DNA from: Acidobacteriota bacterium
GTDB lineage: Bacteria; Acidobacteriota; UBA6911; JACQSX01
Reading direction: 5' to 3'
Length of the DNA stretch: 64,000 nt
NCBI GenBank assembly: GCA_036507075.1
Contig: DASXQR010000059.1
Location: 1-64,000 of the forward strand
Shown piece by piece: positions 28,395 through 38,983 of the stretch (within the stretch, counting starts at the first letter, position 1; each line of letters begins with the position of its first letter). Below the pieces are notes generated by a model. It saw nothing but the letters and a program-made list of their open reading frames with translations, was not told where the DNA came from and searched no databases. Position numbers and translations under genes: made by a program.

Positions 28395-29366
28395 ATGCAA
28401 TACACGAGACGTTCATTAGTCACAGCGGCAGCTCGGATTGGGGCATCGGCGTTTTGCACCGGCACAATTTTTGGCAGTCCAGGCAGAAGCGGCGCTGCTC
28501 AGGCAAATTCCAACTCGGCACAAAATGCGAGACGACCGCCGATCCGGCTGGCCGTCTCGACCTATTCCTATTGGCATTTTCGCGGCGATAAATATCCGGT
28601 GGAGCGGGTAATCGAAGCCGCCGCGCGGCTCGGTTTTGACGGAGTGGAAGTTCTTCACCGGCAAATGGCAGATGAATCTTCCTCCTATATGAACAGGCTC
28701 AAGCGCCAGGCCTTTGCCAGCGGTTTGGACCTGGTAATGCTTTCGATACACCAAAATTTTGTCTCTCCTGATGCAGCAGAACGGGACAAGGCGATCGCCC
28801 ACACAAAACACTGCATTGATCTGGCTTCTCAAATGGGAATTCCCTGCATTCGCTTGAACTCAGGGCGTTGGGGCACGATCAAGTCTTTTGACGATCTGAT
28901 GAAAGCAAAAGGACAGGAGCCCGCGCTGCCAGGCTACACGGAGAACGACGCTTTTGACTGGTGCATCGACAGCATAGAAAAGTGCATTCCGCATGCAGAG
29001 AAGTCCGGTGTGGTCATGGCTCTGGAAAATCACTGGGGCTTGACGACAAAACCTGAAAATGTGGTGCGCATCTTCAAGGCCGTCAACTCTCCCTGGCTGG
29101 GCGTGAATATGGACACCGGCAATTACGTCGGCGATCCATACCCCCAGATCGAGTTGCTGGCCCCGTATGCCACTATTGTCCAGGCCAAAACATATTACGG
29201 CGGCGGCGAGTGGTACACACTTGATCTGAATTATCCGCGGATCGCCGACATCCTGCGCAACGCAGGCTTCAGAGGGTATATCTCGCTGGAAATGGAAGGG
29301 AAAGAATCCCCGGAGACGGCGGTGCCGAAGAGTTTGGAAGTCTTGCGAAAGGCCTTCGGCTCCTGA
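28395..29366 (+). CDS. Sugar phosphate isomerase/epimerase (xylose-isomerase-like TIM barrel), Tat-type leader
   Basis: ggagga RBS; TRRSLV leader; [26 protein letters not shown]. Confidence 0.85.
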   Translation: MQYTRRSLVTAAARIGASAFCTGTIFGSPGRSGAAQANSNSAQNARRPPIRLAVSTYSYWHFRGDKYPVERVIEAAARLGFDGVEVLHRQMADESSSYMNRLKRQAFASGLDLVMLSIHQNFVSPDAAERDKAIAHTKHCIDLASQMGIPCIRLNSGRWGTIKSFDDLMKAKGQEPALPGYTENDAFDWCIDSIEKCIPHAEKSGVVMALENHWGLTTKPENVVRIFKAVNSPWLGVNMDTGNYVGDPYPQIELLAPYATIVQAKTYYGGGEWYTLDLNYPRIADILRNAGFRGYISLEMEGKESPETAVPKSLEVLRKAFGS

Positions 29367-29391
29367 TTGCAGAAATTCACGCAAGAATTAT

Positions 29392-29543
29392 TTCACCACA
29401 AAGACACAAAGAACACAAAGTCAGACGAGGGGCTGGCAGAGTCCGGTCAGGTCTGAAAGTAAACTGCGGCAGCGTGTTCTGAGGTGACCGGACTCTGCCT
29501 GCCCCTCGTCCCGCTTTGTGTTCTTTGTGTCTTTGTGGTGAAA
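29392..29543. repeat. 9-mer (cacaaaga[c/a])n element with ~55-bp inverted arms
   Basis: ttcaccacaaagacacaaagaacacaaagtcagacgaggggctggcagagtccggtca / tgaccggactctgcctgcccctcgtcccgctttgtgttctttgtgtctttgtggtgaa. Confidence 0.85.
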
Positions 29544-29579
29544 GAATCCTTAACTCGAATTTTTGGAATCAAGTGCCAA

Positions 29580-31472
29580 CTATGGAGTCGCAGTCCGCGG
29601 GAGCACGTTAACCTTGATGATAGACGGCAGGCTGCGGGAGCGATAGACGCGCTGCGTCGCCTTCTGAAAATCCGTCTCGGCCGCTTCGTTGATGTTCAGG
29701 AATTTTTGCGGGTTGATGTTGATCAGCGGGAACCATGTGCTTTGGATCTGAATCATGATGCGGTGTCCCCGCCGGAACGTGTGAAACGTGTCCGGGACGG
29801 CGAATTCCACTTTGGCGGGCTTACCCGGTGTGAACGGTTCCGGTGTGTCCAGACCGTTGCGGAATTTTCCGCGCATCACTTCACCCCGAACAAGCTGCTG
29901 ATAATTTCCCATGGTATTGACGACTGCGCCCTTCTCATCGGGAAATCTTCCCGGATAGACATCCGCCAGTTTTACGATCCAGTCCGAATCCGTTCCCGTT
30001 GTGGAAATATACAGACTCGGAACGAGCGGCCCGGCAATCGTTACATCCTCCTCCAGGACGTCCGTCTGGTAGACCAACACGTCGGTTCGCCGCGCGGCGA
30101 ACCGCTGGTCGTCCACCATGTAACGCTGGGCCATTCCGGGAGAAATGCCTGGGATAAAAGGAACCGGTTTCCTCGGATCGCTGGCGTACTCGTCGTAATC
30201 GCTTTGCGCATCTGAGGCGGGCGGGTCAAAAGAAAGCCCGCCACTGGAACGCAGGTACAGGGTTTTTGGAATGGCGGATTTGGGAGGCCAGGAATCGAAT
30301 TTGCGCCACTGATTCGTACCGGTTTCGAATACGTATGCCTCAGGGAGGTCCATCTTGCCTTTGTCTTTCAAAAGGAAATTGAAGAAGGGGAGCTCGATGT
30401 TCTCCCGATAAAACTCGGCCGTCGGCGCATCAAACCTCACATCGCCCAGCGAATCTCCTTTGCCCCCTGCCCACCCGCCGTGAACCCAGGGCCCCATTAC
30501 CAGGATGTTGACGGCGCCCGGACTCTGCGCCTCCACGGAACGATACACTTCGAGCGCGCCAAAAAGATTTTCTGCGTCGAACCAGCCGCCCACGGTCATT
30601 ACAGCAGGCTTGATTGTCTTCAGGTGAGGACGGATGTTCCTTGCTTTCCACCAGTCATCCTTTGACTCACGCTTCATCATTTCGTTCCAGAAGCCGATTT
30701 CATTTTTGAAATACCGCTCATTCACATTCCTGACGGGACCAAGCTGTAAATAGAATTCGTAACCGTCCTCGGTCATTTTGTCGAACTGCTTGTTGGGCGA
30801 AACCGTCGTCGGTTTGGAAAAGGGCCAGCCCGAGCCCGAAAACCAACCGAACGCGTGAGCCAGCAGCAGGGCGCCGTTGTGGTGCCAATCGTCCGAACTG
30901 AACCAGTCTGCGACCGGAGCCTGCGGCGACACTGCTTTCAATGCGGGATGCGCATCGATCATGCCAGCCGCCGCGTAGAAGCCGGGATAGGAAATGCCCC
31001 ACATTCCGACGCGGCCGTTATGCCCTGGGATGTTTTTGATAAGCCAGTCGATGGTGTCATACGTGTCGCTGCTCTCGTCAATATCCTGCGGCCCGTTCTT
31101 TACCGGACGGTGCGGCCGCATGTGTTCGAACTGGCCTTCCGACATAAAGCGGCCTCGGACGTCCTGATAGGCGAAGATGTAGCTTTCCTTTCCGAAGTGA
31201 GCAGACGGACCGACGTTTTCACGGTAACGGTCCGCACCATAGGGGCCGACACTGTATGGAGTGCGCAGCAACAGGATCGGGTAAGTGGTCGAATGATCCT
31301 TGGGAATATAGACGGCGGTAAACAATCGAACGCCGTCACGCATCGGGATGTAGTACTCGTACTTGGTGTAATTGGCCTTGACATGCTCGAGACCTTGCGA
31401 ATATGCCGGAAGCGCAGACATAAGGACGGCAAGAACGACCCCACATACGCGACATCTCGAATGATCTCTCAT
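29580..31472 (-). CDS. CocE/NonD family hydrolase (alpha-amino-acid ester hydrolase / glutaryl-7-ACA acylase-like), secreted
   Basis: IPMRDGVRLFT, RTPY, QDVRGRFMSEG, GMWGISYPGF nucleophile, GPWVHG. RBS ggaggag before ATG 31472. Confidence 0.9.
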   Translation of the reverse strand: MRDHSRCRVCGVVLAVLMSALPAYSQGLEHVKANYTKYEYYIPMRDGVRLFTAVYIPKDHSTTYPILLLRTPYSVGPYGADRYRENVGPSAHFGKESYIFAYQDVRGRFMSEGQFEHMRPHRPVKNGPQDIDESSDTYDTIDWLIKNIPGHNGRVGMWGISYPGFYAAAGMIDAHPALKAVSPQAPVADWFSSDDWHHNGALLLAHAFGWFSGSGWPFSKPTTVSPNKQFDKMTEDGYEFYLQLGPVRNVNERYFKNEIGFWNEMMKRESKDDWWKARNIRPHLKTIKPAVMTVGGWFDAENLFGALEVYRSVEAQSPGAVNILVMGPWVHGGWAGGKGDSLGDVRFDAPTAEFYRENIELPFFNFLLKDKGKMDLPEAYVFETGTNQWRKFDSWPPKSAIPKTLYLRSSGGLSFDPPASDAQSDYDEYASDPRKPVPFIPGISPGMAQRYMVDDQRFAARRTDVLVYQTDVLEEDVTIAGPLVPSLYISTTGTDSDWIVKLADVYPGRFPDEKGAVVNTMGNYQQLVRGEVMRGKFRNGLDTPEPFTPGKPAKVEFAVPDTFHTFRRGHRIMIQIQSTWFPLININPQKFLNINEAAETDFQKATQRVYRSRSLPSIIKVNVLPRTATP

Positions 31473-31608
31473 ATCTCCTCCTACTCCGGGCTGGCCCTGC
31501 ATTCTTTTCTTAGATTTGACGTCCCAGACAGCCAATTCGTTATTCCGCAATTCCATCGAAATCCGTTCGACTAAGGTCGCGTCTTTCTGAGCCGAGGCGA
31601 CCTGAACT

Positions 31609-33381
31609 TCAAGGGAGGCGTTTGAGGCTGGCGCTCTTTAGATCCATCACCTGAGTTCCAGCTTTTTCAAGAGCGCGTATGGTCAATCGGGTTCGTCCCT
31701 TCTGCAGATCGAGCCGGCCGACTTTCAGCGTGGCCCACAGCATGCTCGCGTAGGTATTCCCTTCGGTCCCGGCAGTGACGCGATTCGGCGGTGGGATCTC
31801 CCGGACGGGCGTCGCGCCCACTTCGGCTTCCAGACTGTCCTTGCCGGCAGCGACCCGGATTCGAGAACCTGCATTGGACGCAGGACAAAGATACGCTATC
31901 GAAACCTCGTAGGTGCCGGCGTTTACCACTTCGATGTCCCAATAAATCTCCGAGCTGACATCGGTCCAGCCGGTAAGCCAGTCATTAGCAAAACCATTAT
32001 TTCCAAAAAAGTGTATCGTGCCTGTGAAGTATGCCTGAGGCGCCTGCAGAATGACCGGGTTTTCTTCTGCGTAGCCCGCCCGGATAGGAAAGCGGGAGAA
32101 ACCCGCGCGCGATGCGTCGCGATACCAGGCTTCGTACGCCTGGCTCAGCTTCTTGACCATTCCGGGTCGCTCCACGGCCAGGTTCCTGGTTTCCCCAGGA
32201 TCGGAAAGCATCTCGTACAGTTCGTAACCCTTCCCTTCATTGACAAGGCGGTACTGTTGCGTGCGTGCCGCGCCCGGATACATGGCAGGCTGCTGCCCCC
32301 CGCGCACGTTATGGGTGAAAAGAATGCGATCGGTCCAGAGGCGGTCACCCCCTTCAAGCAAAGGGCGCAGGCTGCGACCGTCAAGCGGCAAACCTTTTGC
32401 AATCTTCACGCCGCACAAATCCAGCAGAGTGGGGTAAAGATCAGTATGCGATGCAATCTGCGAAATCACGCGCGGCTGTTTGAATCGCGCTGGCCAGCGA
32501 AGGAAAAGGGGAACGCGGCTTCCACCTTCATGGACACTTCCCTTCCGACCGCGCATTCCGGCGTTGTAACGATTGGTATTTGCGCCGTTGTCGGTGAGGA
32601 ACAATACCACCGTGTTCTCGGACAGTTTCAACTCATCGAGTTTGCTTAGAAGGCGACCGAGGTTGTCATCGATGCTTTCGCACATTCCGTAAACAGCGGC
32701 GAGCGCATCGTCCAGGCCGCGCGCCTTAAAGCGGTCAAAATATTTGTCAGGAACCTGAAATGGGGCGTGCGGGGCGTTGTAAGCGACATAACAGAAGAAC
32801 GGGCCGCGACGGTTGGTTTCGATGAATTTCAGCGCTTCATCGGTAAGAACATCAGTGATGTATCCCTTCGTCTTCACGAATTCTGCGCCGTGGAGCAACT
32901 CGGCATCGAAGTAATTGTTCCAGTGGCCGTTGTGGAATCCCAGAAATTCATCGAAACCCTGTCCGGGAGGCGTGTAAGGGTATTGCTCGCCATTGTGCCA
33001 CTTGCCGAACATGCCCGTCCGATAGCCCGCGCTTTTGAGAGCTTCCGCGAGCGTGACTTCCTCGGATCGCATTGTCTCCTTGCTCTGTGTCACACCCCAA
33101 ACGCCGCTCCGCAACCAGTACCGTCCCGTGAGCAGACTGGCGCGGGTGGGCGCGCACAGCGGGCTGACAAAGAAGCGCTCGAATTGAATGTTCCCGGTGG
33201 CCAAACGATCCGCTACCGGCGTTCGCACGTAAGGATTGCCATGCAAGCTGAAATCGCCGTAGCCCTGGTCATCCGTCATAATCAGCAGGACATTGGGATG
33301 GATTGTGTCGCGGTTGGCTGCAGGAGGGTCTGTAAAGAGAAGAAGGAAAGCAAGCGGCGCAATATAAGTCTGGCGTTTCAT
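31609..33381 (-). CDS. Arylsulfatase (Cys-type formylglycine sulfatase), secreted
   Basis: PNVLLIMTDDQG, CAPTRASLLTGR, GKWH, APHAP, TDNG, GRKGSVHEGG. Confidence 0.92.
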   Translation of the reverse strand: MKRQTYIAPLAFLLLFTDPPAANRDTIHPNVLLIMTDDQGYGDFSLHGNPYVRTPVADRLATGNIQFERFFVSPLCAPTRASLLTGRYWLRSGVWGVTQSKETMRSEEVTLAEALKSAGYRTGMFGKWHNGEQYPYTPPGQGFDEFLGFHNGHWNNYFDAELLHGAEFVKTKGYITDVLTDEALKFIETNRRGPFFCYVAYNAPHAPFQVPDKYFDRFKARGLDDALAAVYGMCESIDDNLGRLLSKLDELKLSENTVVLFLTDNGANTNRYNAGMRGRKGSVHEGGSRVPLFLRWPARFKQPRVISQIASHTDLYPTLLDLCGVKIAKGLPLDGRSLRPLLEGGDRLWTDRILFTHNVRGGQQPAMYPGAARTQQYRLVNEGKGYELYEMLSDPGETRNLAVERPGMVKKLSQAYEAWYRDASRAGFSRFPIRAGYAEENPVILQAPQAYFTGTIHFFGNNGFANDWLTGWTDVSSEIYWDIEVVNAGTYEVSIAYLCPASNAGSRIRVAAGKDSLEAEVGATPVREIPPPNRVTAGTEGNTYASMLWATLKVGRLDLQKGRTRLTIRALEKAGTQVMDLKSASLKRLP

Positions 33382-33524
33382 AATTCAGCCTGGAAACCGC
33401 CTTCGATTAAATACCCAAGTACTGCAAACTTCAATGTTTCTTCGCAGCCCGCGCGGCCTGATTCAGATCACAACCCGAATCGTGTAACATGGATGCTAAT
33501 TCTCAACTGATCGCCCCGTGCTCA

Positions 33525-35642
33525 ATGAAGGATCGAGCCCAAATACAATCGGAACTTCTCAGAGAACTTGAGTCTTTGCGGCAGCAGGTTTCTGAGCTGA
33601 AAAATCTGGAACAGCAGCATGCTCTGGCCGAGGCCGCGCTGCGGGAAAGCGAAGAACGTTATAAAGGCCTGATTGATTCCGCCTTTGACGGCGTGGTTCT
33701 TCATCAGGATGGCGTCATCAGGACGGCCAATCGCGCCTATGCGGCGATGTTTGGTTATGAACTGAATGAGATCGTCGGCAAATCAGTCGTTGATTTCATT
33801 GCCCACGAGGAACGCGAGCGCGTCAGCTCGCACATCACCGCCGGCGTGGAAAGTCCGGTTGAAACCTTCGGCCTGCGCAAGGACGGGTCCCGCATTCATA
33901 TTGAAGCCTGCGCCAAAAACTGTCTCTACAAGGGCCGCCCGGCCCGGCTTGCCGCAATCCGGGATATCACAGAACGCAGCCGGCGAGAAGCCGAGAACAA
34001 GCGGCTGGTCTACGCGCTGAAGAGCGTAACTGAGTCGGTCATCATCACAGATATGCAGAACAATATTCTGTTTGTGAATGATGCCTTCCTGAAGACCTAC
34101 GGCTTTGAAGAGAGCGAATTGCTCGGCAATAACGTCAACATTGTCCGCTCTGCCAACAATCCGGCGGAACTTGTGAGCCAAATTCTCCCCCGCACGCTCG
34201 AGGGAGGCTGGCAGGGCGACTTGCTGAACCGGCGAAAAGACGGCACCGATTTTCCCATCCATCTGTCTACTTCCGTGATCCGGGATGAACAAGGTGAGCC
34301 GATGGCTCTGATTGGTGTGGCTGTGGATATCACCGAGCGCAGACGCGCCGAAGAAGCGCTTCAGAAGGCCTATGACGCCATGGAACTCAGAGTGGAAGAG
34401 CGCACCGCCGATCTGGCCAGGACGAACGAGCAGCTTAAACAGGAAATCGCCGAGCGCAAGAAAGCGGAAGAAGAGCGCCGGCAGTTGGAAGCCAAGGTGC
34501 AGCAGGCGCAAAAATTGGAGAGCCTCGGTGTGATGGCTGGGGGGATCGCGCACGACTTCAATAACCTGCTGGTCGGCATTCTGAGCAGCGCCGGGCTGGC
34601 TTTGATGAAGCTTCCACCCGACTCGCCTGCGCGACGCAGCATCGAGCGCGTTGAAAAGGCGGGATTGCGCGCCGCCGAACTGGCGCATCAGATGCTCGCC
34701 TATTCGGGAAAAGGAAAGGTCAATGTCCAGGCCGTCGAACTGTCAAGGGAGGTGGAAGAGATGGCCCATCTGCTGCACACTGCCATCTCCAAGAAAGCGG
34801 TCGTTCAGTTTGAATTTGCTCCCAACCTGCCTGCGATTGAGGCGGATGCCACACAGATTCGGCAGGTGATCATGAACCTGATCACAAACGCTTCTGAAGC
34901 ACTGGGCCAGAAGCACGGGGTTATTCTGCTTAGCACCGGCGTGGTCGCTGCCACACCCGAGTACCTGGCTGAATCGTATTTTGCCGATGACCTGCCGGAA
35001 GGTCGGTATGTTTATCTCGAGGTCACCGACACAGGATGCGGGATGGATGTCGAAACGCAGGAGAAGATTTTTGATCCCTTCTTTACCACTAAGTTTACCG
35101 GTCGCGGCCTTGGCCTGGCGGTGGTGCTGGGAATCGTGCGCGGCCATCACGGCACGGTGATCATCGACTCGCATCCCGGACATGGGACTACTTTCCGCGT
35201 CCTCTTTCCCGCAGGCAGCAGAACCGGGCAGGCAAAGCCATTCCGCCACGAAGAAAGCGGCGAATGGCAGGGAAGCGGAACTATTCTGGTTGTCGACGAT
35301 GAAAAGGACGTTCGCGAAACAACGCGCGATATTCTCGACGAGTTCGGCTTCTCGGTGATGCTCGCGTCGGAAGGAGAGGAAGGAGTCGCCATTCTGCAGG
35401 AGCACGCTGAGGAGATCGTGGCCGTGTTACTGGACGTCACCATGCCACAGATGGATGGCGAAGAGGCTTTGACCGAAATACTTCGACTTCGACCCGATAT
35501 GCCGGTAATTCTGTTCAGTGGTTACGCCGAAGAGGAAGTCGCCCGGAAATTCACAGGCCGCGGGGTGGCAGGCTTTATTCACAAACCCTTCACGCCCACG
35601 GCGCTGGTAGAAAAGATACGCCAGGTGCTGGCGAAACACTGA
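33525..35642 (+). CDS. PAS-PAS hybrid sensor histidine kinase / response regulator
   Basis: Two PAS domains; [21 protein letters not shown]-box, [23 protein letters not shown], receiver VVDDE..LLDVTMP..KP. Alternative start at 33489. Confidence 0.92.
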   Translation: MKDRAQIQSELLRELESLRQQVSELKNLEQQHALAEAALRESEERYKGLIDSAFDGVVLHQDGVIRTANRAYAAMFGYELNEIVGKSVVDFIAHEERERVSSHITAGVESPVETFGLRKDGSRIHIEACAKNCLYKGRPARLAAIRDITERSRREAENKRLVYALKSVTESVIITDMQNNILFVNDAFLKTYGFEESELLGNNVNIVRSANNPAELVSQILPRTLEGGWQGDLLNRRKDGTDFPIHLSTSVIRDEQGEPMALIGVAVDITERRRAEEALQKAYDAMELRVEERTADLARTNEQLKQEIAERKKAEEERRQLEAKVQQAQKLESLGVMAGGIAHDFNNLLVGILSSAGLALMKLPPDSPARRSIERVEKAGLRAAELAHQMLAYSGKGKVNVQAVELSREVEEMAHLLHTAISKKAVVQFEFAPNLPAIEADATQIRQVIMNLITNASEALGQKHGVILLSTGVVAATPEYLAESYFADDLPEGRYVYLEVTDTGCGMDVETQEKIFDPFFTTKFTGRGLGLAVVLGIVRGHHGTVIIDSHPGHGTTFRVLFPAGSRTGQAKPFRHEESGEWQGSGTILVVDDEKDVRETTRDILDEFGFSVMLASEGEEGVAILQEHAEEIVAVLLDVTMPQMDGEEALTEILRLRPDMPVILFSGYAEEEVARKFTGRGVAGFIHKPFTPTALVEKIRQVLAKH

Positions 35643-35697
35643 TCGATTTGCCTGCGGCTTGCCACCCATTCTCCGGAAAGGACTTTCTACGTTTTGA

Positions 35698-35925
35698 GAG
35701 CGGAGAGACGGCCTGTTGGGAGCGGAGAGACGGCCTGTTGGGAGCGGAGAGACGGCCTGAGGGCCGTCTCAAGGCCGCTTCCAGCGGCCTTTCCCGAAGG
35801 GTTCCAACCCCGGCCTTCCCAGGCCGGGGTCAAAGTGCGCGTAATCATGACCCAGGGCCGGTTCACCGGCCTTCCCAATCCCGTGAACATTCCCTGAGAC
35901 GGCTCTCAGGCCGTCTCTCCTCCGA
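35698..35925. repeat. gagagacggcctgagggccgtctc palindrome family with three tandem 22-bp units
   Basis: gagcggagagacggcctgttgg twice, then gagcggagagacggcctgagggccgtctc, mirrored by gagacggctctcaggccgtctctcctcc. Confidence 0.8.
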
Positions 35926-36192
35926 AAAATGTAGAAACGTGGCAGGTTTTTGTCGTTATGGAACAAATTTCAGCAGGTATTGCAGGTTTTCCTGCGCCTG
36001 GCGGATTGCTTCCCTAGGCTAAGTTATTGGCAGCCAATGGCTTTGTTTGCGTGAAACGGGAAATAAAGATTGGCCGTTAGATTGCTAGAGAATAACGCGA
36101 CTGGAGCGACTGGCAGTTGACAGCCCCGTTTGCCGGCCGCGAAAAGGCGGTTCTGCGGTGCTGTCGCCAGCGATTTTCTTGGGAGGTGAGAG

Positions 36193-36450
36193 GTGAAGCC
36201 GAAAGAAATCGACAAAGCACCTGGAAAAATCAGAACGACGGAAAAGCCCATTATTCATCTTACCGACCCGAAAGCCATTGCCGTCATTCGTGGATGGTTC
36301 AACGGCCCGCTTGAAACAGAGAACTACAAAATCGTTTATGCAGCAGATCCCGACAAAATTCAAAAAAACAAACCGCCAAGCACGCAAAGAGCACCAAGGC
36401 TCAAAATGGATCCAACCAAGTTACGTCGCGCAAGCGATCCGAACTATTAG
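36193..36450 (+). CDS. Small hypothetical protein (85 aa); C-terminal third runs into repeat sequence
   Basis: Strong gggagg RBS 7 nt before the GTG and an upstream stem-loop. No recognisable family. Confidence 0.4.
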   Translation: MKPKEIDKAPGKIRTTEKPIIHLTDPKAIAVIRGWFNGPLETENYKIVYAADPDKIQKNKPPSTQRAPRLKMDPTKLRRASDPNY

Positions 36451-36584
36451 ACAAGTGCCACGTCTAGACAAGTGCCACGTCCAGCCGGGCACTGCCAAAG
36501 TGATCCTTACATTCTTGGCGTTCTTTGCGTTCTTGGCGGTTCAGTTTCCTATCCAGTGCCTTCCGTGAAAACCCTGCGAAAAAC

Positions 36585-38372
36585 TCACTCTGAGAGCGTC
36601 TGCCATCCTCGACGCGAGAAATTCCAGTAGATTATCACTCCTCCAGCCAGGCCCGCAGCAAGGAGGACCAAGCCGGGCGCGGTTTCATGCAGCAGTAGTT
36701 TTCCCACGCCAAAAAGCGTTCCGTAGATCAGAAGCAGCCCGCATGCCCAGTCAAGGAGGTTCACCCATCCGTCGGCGGAAACTTTCACGTCAGCGGCCCT
36801 GTCGGCGATAGGACGCCACCCGGCTTTCGAGGGGCGCGTGCGGCGGTAAAAGGCCAGCAAGGTTTCGACAGGTTCAGAGCGGGTCAAAAAGGTCACAGCC
36901 AGCCACACGCCGGTGGTAATCGCCACGGTAATGAGCATGATCCACGCAAAATCCTGCGGCCTGTCGGAACTGAATCCAAAGAAAAGCTGCAGCGACATTG
37001 AAACCAGGAACGCCGCCGACATTGCCGAGACTTCGCTCCAGGCATTAATCCGCCACCAATACCAGCGTAGCAGGAGAACCCCTCCTGTTCCTGCGCCGGT
37101 GACGATCAGTAGGCGCCATGCCGCGGCGATCGAACCCATGTAAAAAGTGGCCGCCGCCGAAGCGAGCGCGATTATCACCGTGGCCCATTGAGAAACGCGC
37201 ACATAGTGCTTCTCGGTTTCCGCTTTGCGCACAAAACGCCGGTAAAAGTCGTTGACCAGATAACTCGCTCCCCAGTTCAGTTGCGTGGCAATGGTGGACA
37301 TATAGGCCGCGGCGAATGCTGCCACCATCAAACCCCGCAGCGACGGCGGGAGGTGGTCGATCATCACCAGTATGTAGCCGGTTTCCGGGTCCTGCAGGTC
37401 CGGATAGAGAATCAGCGAAACCAGGGCCACCAGAATCCACGGCCAGGGGCGCACTACGTAATGAACGATGTTGAAGAACAGCGTCGCCAGCAGCGAGTGC
37501 TTTTCATCCTTGGCGCAGAAGATGCGCTGCGCCACGAAGCCCCCGCCTCCCGGCTCGGCGCCCGGATACCAGGTCGCCCACCAGTTCAGAGAAATGTAGA
37601 CCAGGAAGGTAATCATCGGCATCCAGGCGGAATTCAGATCAGGAATGAAGCTGAGCACCGAACCGGTCCCGCCAAACTGAAGTCCGCGCGCGCGATCAAT
37701 CGCCGCCAGTTTGGTTTTCATGGCGTCGATGCCGCCGACCGCATGCACCGCGGCGACGGCAAGAACGATCACCATCCCCATTTTGATCACGAATTGAAAC
37801 AAGTCCGTTACCAGCACACCCCACAGGCCTGAGAGCGTGGAGATCAGCGATGTGACCGCAATCAAACCCATCACCAGCAGCAGCGCCTGCAGCTTGCTCA
37901 CCCCCAGAATGAGAATCAGAATCTTGACCATGGCCAGATTCACCCAGCCCATCACAATACAGTTGATGGGGAAGCCAAAATAGAGGGCGCGGAAACCGCG
38001 CAGGAAAGCGGCCGGCTTGCCGGAATATCGGATTTCGGAAAACTCGACGTCAGTCATCACGCCGGCACGCCGCCACAGGCGCGCGTAGAAAAAGACAGTG
38101 AGCATTCCGCTGGCTACGAAATTCCACCAAAGCCAGTTCCCCGCAATCCCCCCCAGCGCCACCATGCCGGTAACGGCCAGCGGCGTGTCGGCGGCAAACG
38201 TTGTCGCCACCATCGAGGTTCCCGCCAGCCACCAGGGCACATCACGGCCGGACAGAAAAAACTCATTCACACTGCGCCCGGCCCGCCTCTTGTAATAGAA
38301 GCCGATGGCCAGGTTGCAAATAAAGTAGGCCGCCACCACCAGCCAGTCGATCAGCGTCAGGCGCATCTTCAA
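36585..38372 (-). CDS. Sodium:solute symporter family protein
   Basis: EFFLSGRDVPWWLAGTSMVATTFAADTPL, GVLVTDLFQF, AQRIFCAKDEKH, AAYMSTI; many TM segments. ATG 38366 is an alternative start. Confidence 0.92.
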   Translation of the reverse strand: MKMRLTLIDWLVVAAYFICNLAIGFYYKRRAGRSVNEFFLSGRDVPWWLAGTSMVATTFAADTPLAVTGMVALGGIAGNWLWWNFVASGMLTVFFYARLWRRAGVMTDVEFSEIRYSGKPAAFLRGFRALYFGFPINCIVMGWVNLAMVKILILILGVSKLQALLLVMGLIAVTSLISTLSGLWGVLVTDLFQFVIKMGMVIVLAVAAVHAVGGIDAMKTKLAAIDRARGLQFGGTGSVLSFIPDLNSAWMPMITFLVYISLNWWATWYPGAEPGGGGFVAQRIFCAKDEKHSLLATLFFNIVHYVVRPWPWILVALVSLILYPDLQDPETGYILVMIDHLPPSLRGLMVAAFAAAYMSTIATQLNWGASYLVNDFYRRFVRKAETEKHYVRVSQWATVIIALASAAATFYMGSIAAAWRLLIVTGAGTGGVLLLRWYWWRINAWSEVSAMSAAFLVSMSLQLFFGFSSDRPQDFAWIMLITVAITTGVWLAVTFLTRSEPVETLLAFYRRTRPSKAGWRPIADRAADVKVSADGWVNLLDWACGLLLIYGTLFGVGKLLLHETAPGLVLLAAGLAGGVIIYWNFSRRGWQTLSE

Positions 38373-38499
38373 TTAGAGAATTGAAAAAATTAAGAGATTC
38401 AAAATTGGAACTCGCGAGGCATTCTCGCATATTAAGGCGTGAAATTGCGCCCGGGATGGGGCGCCGATGGCGTGGCGAAAGCAGCGCTATGGAGTTTGT

Positions 38500-38860
38500 G
38501 CATTTCGCCGGAGTCGGAGCGGCGTGGGAGCGCCCGGCCCAGGAATGTTGGTTACCAGCGGCACGGCCCGGAAGTCGACCTACATGCTTGGGCCGGGCGC
38601 TCCCGCGCCTCGGCTCTGAAGTTCCAGGGCCAGGCCCTTACGGCCGGGCCGGCGCTGCGAAAGCGGCGCTCAGTACCGCGATCCGTAAGGTCGCGGCGCG
38701 CCAGTCTTACGAGTCACGGCCGCAACCACTCCAGGCGGCATTTCCACAGCTGCCATTCTGGTTCGCCGCAACCTGACGGATGCGGTACTGCGGGCGAAGC
38801 GTCGCCTGCAAAGAAGCGCGCAGCAGCCGCCTATACTATGTAACCCTTCGGGTTTTGGAG
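38500..38860. repeat. Mosaic of partial REP-like hairpins
   Basis: gggagcgcccggccca/tgggccgggcgctccc pair, cagtaccgcgatccgtaaggtcgcggcg (also at 46914), two gccgcaacc motifs, taacccttcgggttt. Confidence 0.6.
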
Positions 38861-38983
38861 GTTTTGTGGATAATCGTAGTACAGCAGAACAAATCCCGGC
38901 GGAGGTTGTTAATCAGAGCGTAACAAGATTCTCGCGGAGCGAGGAGAAATTCAGGCTCAGCAGTCCAGGATGCGGATGAGATT

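Noticed and set aside
35698..35770. CRISPR array
   Set aside because: The 22-bp units are directly tandem with no unique spacers, and no cas genes are present.
38381..38843. 131- and 134-aa ORFs between the symporter and the 876-aa gene
   Set aside because: The region is a mosaic of palindromic repeats and the translations have no recognisable motifs.
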